Positions 59,328 through 64,000 of a stretch of DNA of 64,000 nt are shown piece after piece. The notes beneath the pieces are model-generated. The model was not told the DNA's origin. It worked only from the letters and a program-made list of their open reading frames with translations, and ran no database searches. Source of the DNA: a virus (lineage: Duplodnaviria > Caudoviricetes); IMG/VR virus record IMGVR_UViG_3300003962_000026, positions 1 through 64,000 of that record; one strand, 5' to 3'. Made by a program: the position numbers and the translations under genes. Each line of letters begins with the position of its first letter. Positions within the stretch are counted from its first letter, which is position 1.

Positions 59328-59470
59328 AATAAATACAAAAGCCTCAAATTCAGGTGCTTACGTCATCTACTCTTGATAGATAACCCTGAAAATGAGGCTT
59401 TAAAAAGTTTGTTAATATTGTAGATGACATAAGCATTACAATTATACGTAAACTTTTTCACATTTCCAAA
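59328..59470 (-). promoter_or_regulatory. Promoter plus A-B-A'-B' structured leader of the GIY-YIG gene
   Basis: TTTG-N20-TATAATTG; A 59434-59420 pairs with A' 59370-59356; B 59401-59385 pairs with B' 59354-59338. Confidence 0.7.
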
Positions 59471-59556
59471 TTCGTAAGTTTGAACTTATCACAAGGAATT
59501 CCGTTAAAATATACTGGTTCTCTTACTTTAGGTTTATTTCTATCCTTTTTACTCAT
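59458..59556 (-). pseudogene. Stranded relic 5' end of the PD-(D/E)XK nuclease gene
   Basis: MSKKDRNKPKVREPVYFNGIPCD(KFKLTNLEM*) vs MKSKKKNKPKTREPVYFNQIPCD at 58591. Confidence 0.85.
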
Positions 59557-59563
59557 ATCATAT

Positions 59564-59803
59564 TTATTTCTTTTTATAATGTATTCTACATAAACCCTTA
59601 GAGAAAGCTCTTTTACTACACTATTTACAAGCTACAAATTCTCTCTTTCTTCTATGGGCAAATGTTCTGTATCTGTCCTTCTTTTTAATTAGTTCTACTA
59701 CTTCTTTTACTTTAGGTAAACCTCTTTTAACAATTATTTGTCTATGGATATCCTGGATGTAGCAAATACCCCAATCATTGAACCTTTCTTTAAATGTAGC
59801 CAT
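59564..59803 (-). CDS. Small Zn-finger protein (79 aa with internal TAG at 59621-59623)
   Basis: ...VAC-K-TAG-CSKRAFSKGLCRIHYKKK-TAA. Confidence 0.6.
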
Positions 59804-59805
59804 TT

Positions 59806-59955
59806 TTACTCTTTTAGGTAATCAAATCCTTCTATTATACCTCTTACATAACCTTCAAAGTTCTTATCCCTACCATCATTAGTATTATCACTTTTAACCT
59901 TATCCTCAAGCAAAGATACATAATATTCTTCTATTTCCTGTTCTTTCTTTAACAT
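59806..59955 (-). CDS. Small hypothetical protein (49 aa, not in ORF track)
   Basis: MLKKEQEIEEYY...; fills gap. Confidence 0.45.
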   Translation of the reverse strand: MLKKEQEIEEYYVSLLEDKVKSDNTNDGRDKNFEGYVRGIIEGFDYLKE

Positions 59956-59967
59956 AAGGTTATTATT

Positions 59968-60441
59968 TTATGTTGGATTTTGTATTTCATGTTCTTTTTC
60001 TTTCATAAATTGTTTAAATCTATTCCAGGTTTCCAAATTTTTTTTATTTTTAACAAATGATTTAGTAAATCTCATCCTCTGCCTAGCAGGTATTCTCCAA
60101 TTCTTATCCCCTGTATAGGCTATTAGGTATGTAGTTATAGTTTTTCCGGTCTCTACCCCTATTTTATAGAATAGATTCTTAGCTAAAACATAACTATGTT
60201 TTCTGTTACTATGTTGTCCTTTTACATCTAATCCTGTAAATTCTTCTACAAGAGCAGCTATTTCTTTAACTTTGGCTTCATTTTGTTCTAAATTACACAG
60301 GCTTCTCTTTAAATCGTAGATTTTTACTGATAGTTTTCCTGTTTTTTTACCTTTTTGTTTTCCTTCTATCCTTCTTTTAGTATAATTAGCTATTCTTTGC
60401 TGAAGAGAATTCTTATTGCGACTATCCCACTTTCTTATCAT
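59968..60441 (-). CDS. Hypothetical basic protein (157 aa)
   Basis: Lys-rich ORF downstream of terminator. Confidence 0.55.
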   Translation of the reverse strand: MIRKWDSRNKNSLQQRIANYTKRRIEGKQKGKKTGKLSVKIYDLKRSLCNLEQNEAKVKEIAALVEEFTGLDVKGQHSNRKHSYVLAKNLFYKIGVETGKTITTYLIAYTGDKNWRIPARQRMRFTKSFVKNKKNLETWNRFKQFMKEKEHEIQNPT

Positions 60442-60454
60442 AATAAATAATAAA

Positions 60455-60491
60455 AAGCTACCTGCAAAGGTATATACTCTACAGGTAGCTT
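60455..60491 (-). terminator. Intrinsic terminator after rIIB
   Basis: AAGCTACCTG / CAGGTAGCTT stem followed on the minus strand by TTTATT. Confidence 0.65.
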
Positions 60492-60506
60492 GTTTGTTTA
60501 AAATTG

Positions 60507-61772
60507 TTAAATGTTTACTACTCTTTTTCTTAGTTTATCTGTAATATTCTCTACTTCTTTGATAGTTAAATCACTTGTAGCTTCGGATATACTAACAGTA
60601 GCAAGACTTTTAGCTTTTAGAGATTCTTCAAGTTCTTCTATACTACTATTGTGATAACTTTCATCAAAATCATGAATAAAACAGTCTGATACATGACTCC
60701 CCTCATTTTCATGTATACCTACTATAAACATTTCACTTACCCTCATTTTACCCATATCATTTTCAGGTACAGTGATTGTCTTACTAGGATTTACAAGAAC
60801 TACTAAAGGTGTATCCCCATAACTACTATAATTGTAATTTACAGCAGCAGCGTGTATACCACCAGCATGACAGACATCAGCTCTCAAATCTACCTTCTCT
60901 TCTGGAATACTGTATATCTCCCCTATCTTAATTCTAATACTTTTATCATGACTAGAAGTATATATATTCTCTTCCATATCAGGGATTTTCTTGTAGAGGT
61001 CATCTAAATTACCTAAATAAGAGTTATTATTTCCACGTATGTCTATATGTTCAATAGAATATCCATTATCATTAAAAACCCGGTAATTTTTAGGACTTTT
61101 CTTCCAACTCTTAACTTTTAACCAGTTTTTACTAACAAATTCTATTAGTTCCTGATTCTCGTTTAAAGATACACATCTACGATAGAGAACTAAATTACCT
61201 AAAGAAGTTATTCTTACATCGTTCTTTTTAACAAACTTAAGTAACTGTTCCCTACTTTGTTCCAGAGGATTTAACATTAATTTCAAAGCAAACATTTTTA
61301 AAGACTTAAATTCATTATCAGAATTCCAATTCCATTCCTTAGATAAAATCTCCAGAAAAGCCCCTACAATAATATTAGGAATAGCTATATTCTTAATTCC
61401 AGTAAAGTATAGCCTATCACCTACTACTTCAAAATCTGATAAATTTTCAAATAATCCAAGATATCCAGGAACAATCTTATCTTCTTCATAAGATATTGTT
61501 TCTTTTATAGGTTCTATAGGTTTTAAGAGCTTAATAATCAAATCTCTGTCACTAGCTACCTTAATTCTTTCTGCAATGTCTGGCTCTACATTACCAGAAA
61601 GTATTTCATCATCTTTAAGAATAATTGTGATACTTTTAGTCCCTGGATTATAAATCATCTTTTGGATAATCTTATCATCCTTTAATCTATCTTCTAACTC
61701 TTTATTTTTCTTTTCTAATTCTTCTACTTTACCCCAGTTCAGAGCATTGAGTATTTTTCCAAATATTTTCAT
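60507..61772 (-). CDS. rIIB: rIIB-like protein
   Basis: F..KL.LNP...L..F...IT..G..V.YR, C..GGIH, VLVNP...VP..D.GKMRV; adjacent to rIIA. Confidence 0.75.
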   Translation of the reverse strand: MKIFGKILNALNWGKVEELEKKNKELEDRLKDDKIIQKMIYNPGTKSITIILKDDEILSGNVEPDIAERIKVASDRDLIIKLLKPIEPIKETISYEEDKIVPGYLGLFENLSDFEVVGDRLYFTGIKNIAIPNIIVGAFLEILSKEWNWNSDNEFKSLKMFALKLMLNPLEQSREQLLKFVKKNDVRITSLGNLVLYRRCVSLNENQELIEFVSKNWLKVKSWKKSPKNYRVFNDNGYSIEHIDIRGNNNSYLGNLDDLYKKIPDMEENIYTSSHDKSIRIKIGEIYSIPEEKVDLRADVCHAGGIHAAAVNYNYSSYGDTPLVVLVNPSKTITVPENDMGKMRVSEMFIVGIHENEGSHVSDCFIHDFDESYHNSSIEELEESLKAKSLATVSISEATSDLTIKEVENITDKLRKRVVNI

Positions 61773-61773
61773 T

Positions 61774-64000
61774 TTATGTCTTTTTAACTAGTTCGTAATC
61801 TTCAAACTTTCCAGCATATAATTTCTTAAACAGTAACATCTGAGCTATTACTCTATTATAACTCTTCTTTTCTTCTTCATTCCATCCATTAGGTTTTTGC
61901 AAAGTTACTAAAAAATCAAAGGTTTCCAGCTCCTTTTTCACTTTCTTATAAATAGGATAGATTTCCATATCATAATACTCACCTTCTTTAGCTAACTCCT
62001 CTATGGCTGTGACTACTCTTTCATCAGCAGTGTATGAATAACCATTCTTTCTCCTATATTCTTGCAGTACTTCCAGGTCTTTATCTAAAGTTTTTATACA
62101 ATCTTTAATGATGTCTCTTTTACTATACAGTACATCATGGTAAGTATCTTCTAAATCTTTAATTAACCAAGTGGTAGCTATTCTCCTAAAAGGCTTTGAT
62201 TTTTCACTAATAAATTGTTTCATACTTTTAAAATTATGTAATTTTGGTATTCTTGTAAACTCCCTTGCTCCTATTAAACATACTTTAATATTACTTTTAA
62301 CTGTGATTTTAGCTAATTCCTTGGCCTCATTTATATCATATTGTCCAGTAAAATAGACAAATAAGCTCGATTGTCTTCCTAAATCTTCTAACTTAAAAGT
62401 CTTCTTTTCAAACACAATCTTATTACCTAAACCCTCTCTACCTACAGATAAAGTAACTTCATCCTTTTGCTTGTTTAAGACTTTATAATTATTGTCTCCA
62501 GGAGTTCTATTTAGAGCTTGTAATCTCTTTTTTTCTTCTACAAATTCTGCAAACTCCTTTGTATTTTTTACTTTAGTTTCATCTATAAGTAGTCCAATTA
62601 ATTCTGATTCTATCTTTTGAAACTCTTTTATTCTATCTCTCCATGTATCCTTTGGATATAAGGATAATTCAAGTATGTGAACATAGGAGTTGTATATCTG
62701 ATTTTTCCCCTTAAGCGTTCTTTTATTTGATAAAGTGCAGAAAATTACATCTCTACCATACTTCTTAATAAGAAATTCTTTTATGTTACCTTTTGGTGCC
62801 CCATCAGTAAGTACAGCTTTACCCTTTTCAAATAATACCCAATTTGAGAGTTCTTTGTAAATTCTCTTGGTTTTGTATGTGCCATACTTATCATAGTAAG
62901 AAACTATCTCATATTCAAATAAGAAAGACTTTAACTTCTCCTTATAATACTTACCATCCTGAAACTTAAGACCTTGAACTATAGGCTCTTTTACACTTAA
63001 AGAGCTATATTCCAGTAAGCTATTGATTTTTAGGTCATGTTCTCCAATCTTAACTCTTTTTTCATGATTATTAAGAAAAGGATATGCATCTACAAATGTA
63101 GTATAACTTCCAACAGTACTATTATACTTATTTACAAACCAATCAGCTACTAGTTTAATCTTAGCTTTAACAGTCTTTATAGTACTCTCATTCCATATTA
63201 AAGATTCCCTACTTGGAGTTGGACATAAACCTTCAGAAAGACTAAATCTTAAAGCAATTGGGATATGTATATTCTGTATACCTAACTTCTCAAAATCTAT
63301 CTTATAGTATACATCTTTTAAGCATAAATGAAGAAGATGGTTGCTATTATTATCAGAATGTTGCCAATTCTCACTTCTTATAATATTATTCTCCTGTAAA
63401 ACTCCATCTATATAAAGAGTTACAGTATCATAATAAGCTAGTTTCTGTATGGCTTTATTTTGAAAATTACCCTCCTCACTCCATCCATTTAATCCTATTT
63501 CACATATAACTCCATTCTCCAGACTTGTATTTTTTTCAGAAATAAGGTCGTATTCCATAAATTCCTCACCTTGATAAGCTAGAAATACACACTCCTTCCC
63601 ATCCTTTCTACAAGTAAAAGTGGCACTTCTTTCTAAAGCCATAAATGACTTCATTCCGAGACCAAAACTACCGATATAATCATTAGAGCCTGTCTTTGTA
63701 GAAGTTAGGTAAGACATACAGATATTTTCAAAATCCTCTCTACTTAATCCTATACCCTTATCTTCTACTGAAAATTTATTATCCTCTATTTTAACAATTA
63801 CAGGATTTTCTAGAGGGTCTTTACCAGCCTGAACCATTGAATCTACAGCATTATTAACCCATTCTACAATTACCGCACTTACTGGGTCACTATATAAACC
63901 TTTAGTTAGCAAATATTGCAACTTAGCCATTTCTGCCTGATTAATAGTAGCTTTCTTACTTGTTTCAAATCCTATTTTCTCTACATCATTTTGTTCTTTA
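61774..64000 (-). CDS. rIIA: rIIA-like GHKL ATPase-domain protein (5' end beyond window)
   Basis: LYSDP..A.IVEWVNNAVDS, VEDKGIGLS, STK..SNDYIGSFGLGMKS; frame is open from 63999 to the annotated ATG 63930. Confidence 0.8.
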   Translation of the reverse strand, partial: KEQNDVEKIGFETSKKATINQAEMAKLQYLLTKGLYSDPVSAVIVEWVNNAVDSMVQAGKDPLENPVIVKIEDNKFSVEDKGIGLSREDFENICMSYLTSTKTGSNDYIGSFGLGMKSFMALERSATFTCRKDGKECVFLAYQGEEFMEYDLISEKNTSLENGVICEIGLNGWSEEGNFQNKAIQKLAYYDTVTLYIDGVLQENNIIRSENWQHSDNNSNHLLHLCLKDVYYKIDFEKLGIQNIHIPIALRFSLSEGLCPTPSRESLIWNESTIKTVKAKIKLVADWFVNKYNSTVGSYTTFVDAYPFLNNHEKRVKIGEHDLKINSLLEYSSLSVKEPIVQGLKFQDGKYYKEKLKSFLFEYEIVSYYDKYGTYKTKRIYKELSNWVLFEKGKAVLTDGAPKGNIKEFLIKKYGRDVIFCTLSNKRTLKGKNQIYNSYVHILELSLYPKDTWRDRIKEFQKIESELIGLLIDETKVKNTKEFAEFVEEKKRLQALNRTPGDNNYKVLNKQKDEVTLSVGREGLGNKIVFEKKTFKLEDLGRQSSLFVYFTGQYDINEAKELAKITVKSNIKVCLIGAREFTRIPKLHNFKSMKQFISEKSKPFRRIATTWLIKDLEDTYHDVLYSKRDIIKDCIKTLDKDLEVLQEYRRKNGYSYTADERVVTAIEELAKEGEYYDMEIYPIYKKVKKELETFDFLVTLQKPNGWNEEEKKSYNRVIAQMLLFKKLYAGKFEDYELVKKT

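Noticed and set aside
2631-62356. Antisense or nested ORFs in the track (e.g. 2631-2852, 2815-3114, 5622-5888, 9072-9266, 12917-13144, 21635-21856, 27146-27406, 36703-36960, 42371-42562, 44879-45223, 48421-48702, 56507-56728, 58981-59169, 62171-62356)
   Set aside because: They lie wholly within longer motif-bearing genes, have shadow-ORF composition (Ser/Leu/Phe/Ile-rich) and no recognisable motifs
1-64000. tRNA genes, CRISPR arrays, integrase, reverse transcriptase/DGR, lysis genes
   Set aside because: No cloverleaf or T-loop signatures, repeat-spacer arrays or characteristic motifs were seen by eye; a tRNAscan or HMM run would be needed to exclude them fully

Overview
A 64-kb segment of an AT-rich, CpG-poor crAss-like (Crassvirales-type) phage of a Bacteroidota host. 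All calls come from motif reading and synteny; no database searches were run. Plus strand (648-41981): a short accessory block, then the tail module (ring, IHF-like and muzzle proteins). Next come an intact T9SS-type secreted C10 cysteine protease, a ferritin/Dps-like protein and four large ejected cargo proteins, including a 3996-aa virion RNA polymerase with the GGDFDVDKL motif. A small cluster with an Acb2/Tad1-like protein ends the block. Minus strand (42044-64000): a glycosyltransferase/C-methyltransferase cluster, MazG-like, DUF3310, RecA, vWA, 5'-3' exonuclease, PD-(D/E)XK nuclease, rIIB, rIIA (5' end outside the window) and five homing endonuclease genes (HEGs). The most notable signal is how three HEGs sit in their target genes without any intron or intein. 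A GIY-YIG cassette carries a synonymously recoded copy of the target's first 23 codons. An HNH cassette carries a replacement 3' end, with the old 3' end stranded behind it. A LAGLIDADG splits a GT-B glycosyltransferase at its domain linker. The GIY-YIG and HNH genes share a promoter plus A-B-A'-B' switch-like leader with near-identical geometry. Two small genes contain an in-frame TAG that appears to be read through. I found no tRNA, rRNA, CRISPR array, integrase, capsid, portal or terminase gene in the window.
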